Assembly: GCF_009914755.1 (NCBI RefSeq)
Contig: NC_060932.1
Source of the DNA: the human T2T-CHM13v2.0 reference genome, Homo sapiens
Strand: one strand, 5' to 3'
Length of the DNA: 64,000 nucleotides
Each line of letters begins with the position of its first letter. Within the stretch, counting starts at the first letter, position 1. The notes beneath the pieces were generated by a model, which had not been told where the DNA came from, made no database searches, and saw nothing but the letters and a program-made list of their open reading frames with translations. This document shows, piece after piece, positions 1-15,949 of this stretch. Both the position numbers and the translations under genes were made by a program.

Positions 1-1024
1 CAGTGGCAGGAAAGCAATGTGAAGTAAAATATGTATTGGCACCATTTAAAGGTTAGCATACTTACTACTAAATAAGTATGCATCTGGCATACTTCCAAAT
101 ACAATCCTTAAGTTGCTCTGGCAATGAAACACACTTAGCTGATGAAAGGCTAACCAGGATGTGCCAAAACAGAAGCTTACTTTTAGTCTATATTAGCATT
201 TACTGAACTGGGTTTTGATGAATGCTAATGACTTGAGATGTGAAGACAAATTCCTCGAAAAAATATCTCATTGTCAAATTAGTTCAGGAAATGCTGGGAA
301 ATAGGTTTCTTTATTGTAGCCTTTAAGTTGCTAATATGTACAAAACTCTCCAAGGATATACAGTATGTTGTGTTTCCAAAATTTATTGTACCATAAGCCC
401 CCTTCCCGTTTTTAGAATTCCTATGAATATCTCTAACAATTTATGTTCTTTGGAACACAGCCAGGGAAATAATGACCTACACCACTGAAAATTTTTCACT
501 AGGTCACTTTGAGTAATCATACTTGTAATTAATATAAACAGAAACAAGTGACTTCTGGTAGAACAAACAGAGATAATGAAAATAATACCAAGTTCCAGAA
601 CTAATCTAGGTATAATGAAACTCTTCCATGCTACCAATTGAAAGAAAACTATAAGATAGTACGAGAGACACATGCTGTACTATAAGGAACATAGATTCTG
701 AAATATTAAAGACCTGTGTTTCAATCATGTCTTCACCAGTTAATGGGGTAAATTATTTCATATTTCTTTGCCTGGGTTTCTTCATGAGTAACAGAAATAA
801 TGAGGTCTATGAGGAACCACCAAAACACACATACAAGACATAAAGAATAAAACTGGTACTCAATAAGTGGTAGTTATTACTAATTTTGTTACTAATTGAT
901 AACATGTCTCCAACTTTTGAGTGACTTGAGTAATATGAAAGGAGTAGCAGCTTCTGGTTCCCCTACCCAGAAGTTGCTTTCTCCTCTCCAAATTAGAACA
1001 CCCTGGAATAGATTAAACTGGATA

Positions 1025-1241
1025 GGCTGGGTGCAGTGGCTCACACCTGTAATCCCAGCACTTTGGGAGGCCGAGGCGGGTGGATCACGAGGTCAGGAGT
1101 TCGAGACTAGCCTGGCCAACATGGTGAAACCTCGTCTCTACTAAAAATACAAAAATAAGCTGGGCACGGTGGCGGGTGCCTATAATCCCAGCTACTCGGG
1201 AGGCTGAGGCAGGAGAATCACTTGAACCTGAGAGGTCAAAA
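1025..1241 (+). mobile_element. AluS with right-arm deletion
   Basis: Alu consensus up to ...gaacctgagaggt, then caaaaaa; TSD aaactggata at 1015-1024 and 1242-1251. Confidence 0.9.
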
Positions 1242-1421
1242 AAACTGGATAATTCCGAAGCAAGTTTTGCATTAATAAGTATAACATGAAAAATATATTC
1301 AGTAATAAAATACATTATGAAAACTGTTACACTGAAAACAGACGCTTTCTTAAGAGGACTTTTGGAGCTTCAATATGCTAATGTTTGATGTGCTAAATAC
1401 CACTATAGCTTTTATATATTA

Positions 1422-1580
<159 letters not shown>

Positions 1581-4500
1581 GAATTTACATATGTAAAGAT
1601 TGTGGAAAGACTCAGAAAAAAACTAACAATGATTATTAGAAACTGAGTTCCTATCTCATTCCCCAGAGTACTTATTCCAAAACGTTTTCTCTCTGCACCC
1701 AATTACATCTCTTCCTATGATTCTCTCCCCACCTCCCCTTAACAAATGACTTCCACCTACTACTTAGCTAAAAATCAGGTAATTTAACACAGGCTCCCTG
1801 TCTCTTGCAGCACCACAAAAATACATCTCTTCCTGCCTTCAACAGTATCTTCCTCCACTAAGTATTTTAACATTCCTTTTTCAATTTTGTGCACACAACT
1901 GGATCTTCCCCATTATCCAATAAACATTCAAATATTTTCACACACACACACAAAATCTTCCTTCACCTCTTGCTACACCTCAGCTCGTGTTCATTTTCTT
2001 CCCTCTTTTTATTAAATCTCTCAAATGAATACTCAATATTATTTGATATTACTTTCCTCCTTTCCATCTCAAGAAATTTCTCAAAGAAACTGAAAACATT
2101 TCCTGATTTTCTTTTTAGACTTTGAAGCCACACCCCCGTGGCTTGAAATCTTCACTTTATCACTTCTTCAAAAGGAATAATCACTCATTATTTCAATTTT
2201 CTCATTTGTAAAGAGGGGATAGTAATAGTACCTAAACATCCCAGTGTTTGAGGGAAGAGTAAATGAATAAATACAAGCACATAAAATCATTTGAGATATA
2301 CAGGAAGCACTTAATACAGTTAGTATTATTAACTGTCTCATGTTTTCTCCTCTAATTATCCTTTAAACATAGATGCAAACTTCTACTTTCAAGGTGGTGA
2401 ATTGAGCCTACCAATTTACTTTCTCCTTTGACAAATCCCACTGAAATTACAAAAAAAAAATAAACAAGAGATGTACTTTTAATGATGCTGATAAACTAAG
2501 GAGCATATCACTGGATCATAAACTTTGAGGAATCCTAGAAAGTAGGTTGAAATCAAAGGAAAACCTATTTAATTTATTGCCTATGACTGAACACATGCAA
2601 AGAATAGGCCAACCTGAGAGATATGATTGTTTTACCACTTGGGTTCTAAAAGACTTCAAAGCCTAGAATGGCAAGGTGCTATGAGGTAAGAGGGAAGATG
2701 CAAATCAAAGAGCTTGGGGAACCATGCCAATGTCTATCAATAGAGCTGACCACAGCCATGATCATCTAGACTGTATTTGATCACTGCCTGCTAATTAAAG
2801 TAGATTATTTGTTTAGTAGGTCTCCTAACATAACAAGTAGGCCAGGAAAGGAGAGAGCAGCATCTCAGCTAACTGGGAATGCTGCAATAAACACAGAAGG
2901 AAAACCAACTAAGGTTCTAGGCTCCTACTCTCTTTCTACTTAATTATTTCCAATTAAAGCCATTACTGAATGATGCCAGCTTAAGATTCCCTGGCAAGGG
3001 TTGGGAGAGTGAGAACAAATCAACAAGTGTGAAGATCTTCCTCAGTGTAGAATATATAAAAAGTGTACAGCATTCACCCCAAGCTTGACTTTGGTTTGTG
3101 TTGACAACATGGTGAATGATAAGGGGCTACACAGCCCAAGGGCCACTAGAGCCATACCCTGCTCAAGGGAGGTACCTGCTTCTTTGATCTCAGCTTAGAA
3201 ATGAGGTCTGCCTTTGGACCACAGACACCTCATGAATTTTGGAAAGGAAGGCCTCACAAGAAATAGAAAAAACATATACAATTACTGAGAGTAGATTGAT
3301 CAAATCTAGTCTCTGTTTCTACAAATAGGCAAAAACATAAAGTTTACAGCTCAAAAGTGAAGACAAAAGACAGCAATCTGAGCAAATGGGGAATTAGATT
3401 TCACAGCTGGGATAGTTCCAGTTAGTATAGTCAGTGATAAGCGAAGGAATGTTGCAATAATACACAAGAGCAAAGTGCTATAAAAAAAAAAAAGCTCAGA
3501 GAAAAATGGGGTTCTTGGGGACAAAAACATTACTGAAACAAAAACTACACTGGAAAAAGCAGTAGAATGGATATTACTAAAAAATATTTGCAAAATGGAA
3601 AAACCCTTGTAACATTCTCGTTGAATGTAAAACCCTAAGACAAAATGATGGAAATTAGAGAAGACTGCAATAGCAATCAAGGACATGATCTAGAATATTC
3701 AACATCTGTATAGTGTGAGATGTGGAAAAGAACAGAAAGGATGAAGAAGAATTAACAATAACAACAAAAAAACTTTCTAAAATGATGAAAAGTCATAAAA
3801 AAATCAACTGCTACTCCTGATTTAAAAAAACAAAAGTAAAATTCATACCCATGCACACACAGTCACGTATATACAAAAGATAAAAGCATCTTTTAATCAA
3901 ACAAGAAAACTTACTTAATTTGATAAAGAGTATCCTCCAAAAACAAAAGCAATCATCAAATTTAATGGTGAAATATAGCAATAATGTTAAAAAAAAAAAT
4001 GAATATCCTTGCCATCATTAACACTATTCAACATTTTCTGGAGCTTCTAGCCAATGTAATGTAACAAAAAGAAACAAACAAAAATAAGGTATAAATGCTG
4101 TAAAGGAAGAGACAAAGATAAAAATATCATTATTCACTTAGAAAAAATAGCCAAATGAAAAACTTTTAGAAATAATATGAGTTCAGAAGGTGACCAAATA
4201 GGAGATAAATATGGAAAAACAAGAATTTTTCTATATTCCAATTAAATTAGGGAATAGAGAAGAAAGGACTCAACCAAAATATTATCAAAACTAAACCAAA
4301 AATATAGAAATAATTTAACAAAAAATGTGCATGAGCCAAAGGAAGAAAACAATAAAACTTTCCTGAATGACGTAAAAGACTTGACTAAATGAACTTTTTA
4401 TGTTTCTGGAGGAGAAGACTCGATACTGTTGCAAAGAAGATATTATCTTCCCAAGTTAATTTATAAGCACATTACAATTTCAATTACTAAGTAAGCTTTA

Positions 4501-5024
4501 ATTTTTGAACTTAATAAAGTGGTTCTAAAGTTCACCTAACAACATACATTTAATAGATATTTTAAAAATTGATACTATAGAATACAAAAATTAAAAACTA
4601 AAAAAAATTGAAGAGGGAGGCCTTGCACTATGAAAATCAAAATGTACTATAAAGCCAAAATATTTTACATAATTCAACACTGGTTAGGAATAGACAAATA
4701 GCTCATTACAACTGTACAGAAAACTCAAAAAACAGAACCATTTAGGATAAAGTTTTCATTTCAAATTAATTGAGAAATGATTATTTCTATAGCTTATAAT
4801 TAGCTATAGAATTTCACACCACACAGAAAAATAAATCTGAGATGAATTAAAGAGCTAAAGTCAAAAAATAAAAACAAAATATTAGAAAAAGGTATCTTAG
4901 TGTATTTTATAATCTTAGGGTGGTAAAATCCATTTTCAGCAAGACAAAAACAGAAACCACAAATAAAAAGATAATCTTAAAAATTTTTTTTGTGGTCAAG
5001 TATGTGCTCGGAAATAAAAATATA

Positions 5025-5354
<330 letters not shown>

Positions 5355-7695
5355 TCAAACAAAACAAAGACTGAGTAGAAAAAATATTTACAATACACTG
5401 AACAAGGAATAATTTCTTAGTATGAAGAACTCCTGAAAATAAGAACAAAAGAAAGAAAAGGAAAAAATAGGCAAAAGACAAGAATAGTAATTCAAAAAAA
5501 GATAAGTAGTCCAATGATATTTAGTTGGAATATACAAAATGGCCAATGTTTGACCTATAAAAATAATTGCCTATATTTTGACCCTGGAAATAGCCAAATG
5601 CAAATTAAAACAATACAATAAATACCATCATTACAGTGACATTATAGCACTGTATACAAATTTTTTAATATTCATACACCTTGATCAAGCTATTCCTTCT
5701 TTATAATTTAGCCAAAAGATAAGTGCAAAAAGATGTCTATAGTAAGAATGTATATCACACCAATGTTTATAAAAAGCAAAAACCTGAAAATAATCTAAAT
5801 GCTAGTATTAACAGGAGATTATTTAAATAAATTATGGCCCAGTGATATAATGAAATTCAAATGGATGTGAATGGATATAGTTTAATATGTGAAAAAGGCA
5901 GATTATCAAACTGTAAGTACAATATATTCCCATTTATCTTAAACATATGTAATATATATGCAGGCATGTGTGAAAAAAATTATTTAAAAAATTATGTACA
6001 GCAAAACACACCATAATAAGATCAAAAGACTTGGGCGAATGATAAACTGAGAGAAAGTATCTGTAAAATATATCACAGAATCCTAATACATAAAGGATTC
6101 TTAAGGGGAAAAGGATAAAAATCTGATGGAAAAATGAACAGAAGACATGAATAAATGACTCACTAAAAGATATACTAATGATCCTACAGATATGAAAAGA
6201 TGTTTAATTTCACTCATAGAGAAATGCACATTAAAACCAAACTGAGATACATTTCTCACCTATCAGGTTGGTAAAAACTCAAAATCTTTTAGTACTACCA
6301 GCTGTGGAGAGAAAGGCACTCTCATACATTAATGGTAAGAGTGCAAAATGGCACAACACCTATAAAGAGGAATTTAGCAATAGCTAACAGATATTCATAT
6401 TCATTTACCACTTGACCCAATAATCTCATTTCTAGGAATTTGCCCTCAAAATAAACTTCCATAAATATGAAACAATACAGATGTACAAAGTTATTCACTG
6501 CAGCATTATTTGTAACAGCAAAACACTGGAAACAACGTAAGTACAACAGGGGGCTGGCTGAATAAACTATGATATATCTGCATAAGGTAGTATTATGCAG
6601 AAAACCATGAGAGAAAAGAAGAAAATCTCTATCAACTGAAATAGAATAATTTCTAATATGTTAGGTGAAAAAATGCAACACACACATACATGCAGTACTC
6701 TAACAAAAAATGAGAGAAAGGGAAATAAAAAACGCCTTTGCTTACATCTCTTATGTACAAGCAGACATGTACGCACAACCCCCTAACCCCCAGAGATAAA
6801 CTAAAAGCTAGTGAAACTGATTACCTATAGAAGGAGGATCAGAGAAGGAAGGAGCTGATGGAGTTCTCCAAGTAAGCCTTTTATGTAATTTTGACTTTGA
6901 ATCATGTAAATATTCTTCATATTTAAAAAAACGAACCAATAAAATAATACAAGTAACTTTTTCAAAACAGTACTCTCACTCATCTTTAGTAGGATATATT
7001 TAAGGATACATATAATTACAGAAAAATCTTGAACTTTATAAGTTTGCTGTTAGTAATGGCATCTTGTTGGGGATCTGGGTTTTCAATGTAGGAAACGGAA
7101 GATACAAATAGAAAGTACAGAAAGATGAGGAGCAACCTTGTGGTATTGGACGTGAAGTAGAACTACAAATAGGAACTTAAGACTAATTGTATGTTTCCCT
7201 CTCTATCCACTGGAAGGGCCTGCAAGTAAGGACATCTCAGCAGCTAGCAACAAGAGCATCTTGTAACCAATTCTTGGTTTCTAAGAACAACTGCCCACTA
7301 AAAAGGACAAAGACTCTTCGGAGAACTAGCTGATTCCAGGGCTGAGGAAAAGGGAAGTTGAAGGTGAACCTGGAACATCTTTCTGTTCCAAACATAAAGG
7401 AAAAGCTCAAAGACTAACAGAATCACATCAAAAGAACGTGGGTGTTAGCTTGAACGGATTCCTACTGGCAGACAAAAAAATAAAAATAATGATGATACAG
7501 GATTATAACACATCAAATAATAAAAGAATTCATTAAGCCCATGGTATTATTTTTAAAGGGGGGGGTGGGGCAGGGTGGGAGAGCTCTTCTCTATAGAAAA
7601 ATGTCAATGAATGTTAAGAATTAGAAAATTGCTATATTGCAACCCAATATCTGAGTAAGGCAAGGATCATCAATGGGTGCTAAAACCATTGAGTG

Positions 7696-7995
7696 GGCCA
7701 GGTGTGTGGTTCACATCTGTAATCCCAGCAATTAGGGAGGCTGAGGTGGGAGGATCACTTGAGGCCAGTTCAAGCCCAGCCTGGACAACACAAGCAAGAC
7801 CCCATCTCTACAAAAAAATACAAAAACTAGCCGGGCGTGGTGGTGTGTAACTGTAGACTCAGATACTCAGGAGACTAAGGCAGGAGGACTGCGTGAGCCC
7901 AAGAGACCGAGGGTGCAGTAAGCCAAGACTGTACCACTATACCCCAGCCTGGGTGACAGAGCAAGACCTTATCTTGGGGGGAAAACAAAAAAAAA
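7696..7995 (+). mobile_element. AluJ
   Basis: Diverged dimer. Confidence 0.88.
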
Positions 7996-8861
7996 CACTG
8001 GGTGAATAAATTTTCATATCATCTCCAAGTATCAAAGTATCACCTCAGATTGGCTATTAATCACAAAGTGAAAAATGTTCCTTTACAGAGAGCTGATAAT
8101 CACCATCTTAACCAAATGATCCAACCCTACCACCAACGGGGGTAACCTGTCATTATGTACCAATTTATATGATGTGGTATTAAGTACTAATATCACCATG
8201 CAGTATTTTTGCCAAATATATTTAATCTAAACTAATCATGTAGATGACAATCTCAATCTACTCATATAGGATGGTAAAGAAACCATCCAATAAATCCAAA
8301 ATTTGAAATATTCTACAAGGCAAAAGATTCTTCAAAAAAGCAAATGTCATGAAAGTTGGGGGGAAAAATCAAGAGGACTTGTTCTAAACCAAAGAGACAG
8401 ATAAGCAAATACGAGTGTACCCAGGTTGAGTTCTGGATTTAGAAAAGAAAAAAAAGGATATAAGACACATTTTGGGAAAACTGGGAACACTGAAAAATAT
8501 ATGTATATTAGATATTCTTGAAATCGTGTTAATTTCCCTAGGTATGAAAATGGAATTGTGCTTATTGTATGAGAATGCTCTTATTGGAGAAGATATATGC
8601 TGTGAGGTATTTACGGGAGAAATGTCATGATGTATACAACCGATTTTCAAATGGTTCAGCAAAGACACATACATTATGTGCATGGTATTTAAAGATACAT
8701 AAAGTAAACATAGCAAAATCGTTAACCACTAGTGAATCCAGATAAAGGACACACAGGTGTTCACTGTTCCTTTTTTCGAACTTTTCTCTAGGTTTGATGT
8801 TTTTCCTAAGTAAAAAGTTGCAGAAAAACGAAAACTTTCACTTCAGACTCTGTATTGTTAG

Positions 8862-9086
8862 ATGCTGGTGAATTTTTTTTATAAAGGGTCAGATGATAAA
8901 CATTTTAGGCTTTAGAGGTCGTACAATCTCTACTGGAACTATTCAACTTTACCTATGAAGTACAACAGGAGACCTCTGTAGGCAGTATAAAAACAAATAA
9001 GCATGGCTGTGTCACAGTATTATTTTACATACAAAAATAGGTAGCGGGTTGAATCTGGCCCACAGGCCGTAATGTGCCAACTCCTT
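8862..9086. mobile_element. MER58A (hAT-Charlie MITE)
   Basis: taaagggtcagatgataaacattttaggcttt...gcatggctgtgt...tggcccacaggccgta. Confidence 0.7.
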
Positions 9087-9494
9087 AACTATACTATTAT
9101 ATGTTTAAAGAATGCACGGGCATGTACTGCTATTTTTTCTTCTCTATTTTTTATTTTTTTAATATATATTTTAAATTCATACTCTTCAAATCATGGTCGG
9201 TTCTTCACTCTCTACCATTTCCCACTTGGTAATCTCATGGCTTCACTATTAATTTTAACAGAATGACTCCCATCTATAGCACCTGCCTTGGCAACTCTTG
9301 AGCCAGAGTTTTATTTTCCATTACGTATTTCATAATCATTTCCACACAGATGGCCAACTTGAAGGTCAAATTCAGTATACCAAAAGTAAATAAGTGCCTT
9401 TTTTCCCAAGTGACTTATCTTCCAAGATGATTCAACTCTACCAATAGCACCACCATCCACCTATCCATTTAGGCTCAAAAACTGAAACACTACC

Positions 9495-10017
9495 TGTGCA
9501 GGAAAGAGGTAACATAGCAGGCCAGAGACTGCCTATCCTTAGAAAGGCCTACTTGCAAGACTGGCCTTTGGCTGGCACCTGGGAACTTATATTTTGGGAG
9601 GGATCCCACTATTCCCAGAACTGATAAAAGTGACTCACTGTGTCTAAACTGTACAAAGAGTGTAATTTATGCTGAACACCAACCTTCCTTCTGGTATCCT
9701 GGAATTTTCGTACATGGTAGGTGCCTACATAACAGCCCCCAGTAAAAACCTTGGGACCTGAGTCTCTAATGAGCTTCCCTGGTAAACACTTCACAAGTTG
9801 AATTAAGAGAATCTGTATGACTTCACTGAGAGAAGACATTTGGAGCATGTACCTGATTTTCTCCAGGCTTCACCCCATATACCTCTTCCTACTGATGATT
9901 CTGCTTTGTACTTTTTCACTAATAAATCATGCAGTGAGTACAACTATATGCTGGGTCCTGTGACGGCTTCCAGTGAAATCACCAAACCTTGGGGTAATCT
10001 TGAAGGCCTCCGACACA
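9495..10017 (+). mobile_element. MER68 solo LTR
   Basis: Starts tgtgcaggaaagaggtaacatagcaggcc...atccttagaaaggcct and ends ...ccgacaca, matching the recalled MER68 consensus. Confidence 0.8.
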
Positions 10018-10261
10018 CTTTATTCTCTTTTCCTTACCTACTTAATCAGTTACAAAGTCTTCTTGATTCAATATACATTATATCACTTATCCATATTTTT
10101 GTCTCCATTTAGACGGTTTCTGTCCTATCCAGGCTTTGAATACTGTGCTGGTATCCTACTGGGAATTCTTATTTCCAGACTTAGCTTCTTAAAGCATAGT
10201 TCTGGTCATTTCATTTCTCAGTGCTAAAATCTTCCATATTAACCCATTTGTTCTAGAATCA

Positions 10262-10558
<297 letters not shown>

Positions 10559-10890
10559 TTAACTTTTTGGAAGCTTTTTACTAAACATTTATGATGAAAA
10601 AACTCCTAAATCATGAGGAATAAAAGAAAAAAAATCAAATAGATAACATGAAATTAGAAGCAATTATATGCTAAACCTTCAAAATGTATACCAAAACTTA
10701 AATATTTTCCAAATTCAAGTCAATTTCAATGATTCCTTTGACAAGCTATTACATTATTACACTTAACTGAATTTTCTAGATTAGTCCTTTAAGTACCAAA
10801 ACTTCAAAAACTATTTTAAATGAAACATTTCTAACATGTCCTACAGATGCTTACTTATACTTAGTACACACATTACACTATCCCTTATCA

Positions 10891-11226
<336 letters not shown>

Positions 11227-11729
11227 TTAGGCTCATCAATAGTAAGATCAACATGGTACTCTATGGTGAGGTCCCTGAAGAAGCATCTGGGCCTTCCCCA
11301 GTACTTTCTGGCCCTTCCTATTTTTTCACCAACATAATCTACATATCTAATGTAAAACTAAATTTAAGAAGCTAAAAAAGAATTCATTGTCCAATTTAAT
11401 GTAAAAAACAAAAAAAACAAAAAAAAAACAAAATCACCAACAACAGATAACTGCCAATCGAACTTCTGAATAGCCTAAGAGAAACTGATGAAATCTGATG
11501 TTCTGGATAGCTTGCACAGTCTATTGCAGAGAAAAATAGGAATTCCACTGGGCTTTTTAAAATGTTGAAAATATGTCAAAGCAGCTCAACTATCACTTTA
11601 GAATGCCCTGGGATTCAAAATGCTGTCTTGAGCTACCGTTCTACACCAAAGGGCATCAGACAGCATATTAGCTGATGGTGCTGCAGTTTCAACTCCTTGA
11701 ACCTTCCCACTACTATAAAGGACCACTAC

Positions 11730-12055
11730 AGCTGAGCACAGGGGGGGTCACACCTGTAATCCCAGCACTTTGGGAAGCTGGGTGGGAGGATCACTTGAGC
11801 CCAGGAGTTCAAGACCAGCCTGGGCAACACAGTGAGACCCAGTTGCTACAAAAAATTTAAATATTAGCTGGGTATGGTGACACCTGCCTATAGTCTTAGT
11901 TACTTGGGAGGCTAAGATGGAAGGATCGCTTGCGCCTGGGAGGCAGGCAATGACCCATGATTGTGTAATTGCACTCTAGTCAGGGTGACAGAGCAAGACT
12001 CTGTATCCAAAAAAAAAAAAAAAAAAAAAAAAAAAGGAAAAAAGGACAAAAAAAG
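11730..12055 (+). mobile_element. AluJ
   Basis: Diverged dimer with long A tail. Confidence 0.88.
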
Positions 12056-12692
12056 GACCACTACTTATAATAGTGGCTTCTAGGTGCCTGTCCTCCCTAT
12101 AATTTCACTTTTACTAATTTACTGTCTGTAGTATCCCAAAAATACTGAATGCCACAAGAGAAAACCAGATAAATATGCATGTAAATGAGCAACCTTATTT
12201 TATAAAATATCCAAATAAAAATAGCATTTAGAGTCTTCTGTGAATAAAAACATAAATGTCTTGAAAGATAATTTTTCTGCCATTCTTAAGTGTTTTATTT
12301 CCATGCTCTAGTTGGCTAAAATTACCTCAAGTCTGAAAACTAGAGTTTCAAAGTAACTTAATATACATAACCACTATCTAAAAGTGTACGAAATGACTAG
12401 TGAAGGGTCAATTTTCACATAAGTATCTGAAAGAAACAGAACAGAATAACAATGACTAATATTTATTACATGTAGGAAATGCTTAGAGAAGTTAACTATT
12501 ATGTCCAAAGTCACGCAGCTGGTAAGTGACAGAGGTGTGCTCCAAAAATGCACTCTGAACCAATGGCTGTCAAACAGAATTTTCATTTATATCAGCTATT
12601 GGGAGAAAAACATCTTTAGAGCCAAAATAATCATCACAATCCCACAGGAAACTATGTCTTTCTAACTCTATATTCTACAAGGCTTCTACAGC

Positions 12693-12856
12693 GGTACCTC
12701 ACACACGGCAGATGCTTCCATTCCTTGGGTCTTAGTCCATGTTGTTTCCTTGGTTGGAAAATTTCCTACCCCTAAGGTACCTCACACACAGCAGATGCTC
12801 CCATTTCTTGGGTCTTAGTCCATGTTGTTTCCTTGATTGGAAATTTCCTACCCCTA
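12693..12856. repeat. 83-bp tandem duplication (2 copies)
   Basis: ggtacctcacacac...tttcctaccccta at 12693 and 12776; 4 substitutions and a 1-nt indel. Confidence 0.95.
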
Positions 12857-14270
12857 TCTATCAAGATTCAACTAAAATATCACCACTTTCTCTACAAAGA
12901 AATTTCCTAACTCTTCTCAGCAGAATTACTTTGTGCATGGCATTTTTAGGACACCTATCACATATTATACCTTATTTATGCTCACTTGACTTCCAAGTAT
13001 GCTAAGATCACACTAAAAGCAGTGGCTGTATCTCCATCATCTTTTTAACCTCAAGTCCTAGCATGGTGCCTAAGACACAGTATGCTCAATGAAGGTTTGC
13101 TAAATGCATAGATATATAAACAAAAAAATAAATAAAGTCCCAGCTTTATTAGAGATTAGCCCTTTGAATCTGCCCATTATAAGCTCACAGTGAAAGTGGG
13201 GGAAATTTTGGCAAGGGCAGGCTAGACAAATGTAAATCATTTAAGTGGTATGGATTCACTATTAGCTTCAGTACTATGAATGCTTAGCTTATCGAAGTCA
13301 TCCTTTTTAAAACAAATAGTAAAGTACTGTTTTTAAAAGCATGCCTCTCAGAAAGCTGGGGGGAAAATGTAAAAAGGCACGTATTCATGCCACTACTAAG
13401 TTTTGGAAAAGGCATGGTTTTAAAAAAAAAAAATCAAGAGCTGAAAACATATTACAGAAATCCTTCCTCAAAGTGAAGTAAAAACACAGACTTCAGATGA
13501 ACTGTAACTGACTCCTAACATGCTAGTTCTAGACAACCACACTGGAGAGGCAACAGAATTCTCATCATTTAAAAATGACATCAAGCTAAGGAAGGGCAAA
13601 GGGAGAACACCACCAACTCCCTGGTAGTTTCACAGAACAGCTAAAGCTGAAAATAACATTTAGGAAAAAAATAACTTCATGGGATTATTTTTACAGAGAA
13701 ACAAATTTGTAAAATAAATATAATTTTTATAATCTTATAAGCGTTTTCTTATAATATACACTTAAAAAATCAGAGAACATCTCAATTTTAGTGATTACTA
13801 TGCATCATGATTTTAAAAAATGAAAATTTCTATCAGTTGGTTACTCAAAAACTTTGTTTTTATATTTAATTTCAGTACTTTTTTTTTTTTACCATAATCA
13901 TATTTTTAAAACTGGTAATGATTTTTTAAAATTTTCAGTCATATTCCAGAAAACCTTACTAGGTCACTTGTTTGCTATGAAACCAATCTTAAGAAAACTG
14001 AAATTCCTATATAACATTTAACGGACATTTATGACCCTCTTTAGAAATATATCTGCGCTCCAAAGGAAATCTATAAATCATACTGCTCATGAGATGCTAA
14101 TAAATGCAAAGTATCATTCATAGATATCTTGTAGGTTAGAGTCAAATTAATTTTACCACCTACAATGAGGAAAGTCCACAATTACCACAATGTGTCTGAC
14201 ACACTTATTAAATCATATTATCCTTTCAACATTTCTTCATCAAAACTCTCATTCCTACACATTTCCCTTA

Positions 14271-14624
<354 letters not shown>

Positions 14625-15949
14625 TTAAAATTTGGAAGGATAATGTTACCTCCAACAATCCTTTCTATAAGGTGCCATTCTCTCTACGCTTGGAAATTAA
14701 AGTTTATCAGAAATGGAGAACATAAACTATACTAAAAACAATGAACAATGTTTACTTCTTAGGTGGCTGGAAATTGGCACATAAGAACAGAGATGAAAGA
14801 CTTTCACTATATAGCATTTTCACTGTATTTGGTGTTTGTGTGGATGAAACACACGCACACACATTCACTTTTGCTTATACATACAGAAAGTCTATAAAAA
14901 TACATAAGAAGCTAGTACTAACAATTACCTATAGAGGGTAGAGATTAGGAAATAAAATGGAAAACAAGAGTGGGAGGCAACTTTTCAGTGTTTATCCTTC
15001 TGGAGCATGTTCTTATGTCACCTTGTCAAATATCTTTTAATAAAAAAATTAAAATTACATTTAATAGAATTACAATGAAGGCTTAAATCACTCTGCCTAG
15101 CCATCTAATAATTATGAAAAAAACTATATCTACAAATGTCTGAATTTTATTTTAGAAAAACTGTCATTATTATGTATATAATACTATCTGTAAAACTGGC
15201 TCACAAAATGTTAGAAACATTAACTGGGATCACAAGATTTCATTTTTTAGCACTTTATTGCTTTCACACATCTCTTTTGGTCCTCAAGACCTGATAAGAA
15301 TGAGTCTCACAGAATTAATTTCCACCAAGATAAATCTTATACAGTAGTAAATATGAACATTTCATATTCTCCAGTAATATTCCAGGTTAGGTGGAAATGC
15401 CAGAATTACACGAATTTATAAAATAAGCTTGAATTAAAGGATTTTAATAATAAAGTCTGACAAGATTTGCTTTGTAAGGAGTTTTATTTTGTGGGGGAAG
15501 GGGAAAATTAAGGTTACCAGTAGCTAATATCAAAGAATTCAACATCTGGCTTAGAAGATTTTAGCAAATGTGGAAGTTAAGTCGTCTGTATCCCATTTCC
15601 CCTTATTTTCTCTCCCTCTTTTCCACCTTTTCTATAATTATCCATAGCACAGAACTAAATATCCTTTGTAACACAATACATGTTCATAGCCTTTATCATA
15701 ATTCAGTTCTGCAGTTGTTTAAGGGAAACTCTTTGCCTCAAATGTTCCTAAGATCTTCAAAGGTAATAGTCAAGTCGGTTTTGCTCGTCACTGTATAAGT
15801 GAGGCCTAGCACAGTGCCAGGAACATATAAGGAACTTAATAAAAAGTCTGTTAATCAAATCAAACCAATAAAACTTTGTTATTAAAAAGTGACAAAAATA
15901 TTTTATGTCCTCAAAAAAAAGCAGCAAAACCACTGTTTGTGGCTGCAAA

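Noticed and set aside
7558-7579. G-rich motif able to form a quadruplex
   Set aside because: Short, inside a degenerate L1, and common genome-wide; no further support.
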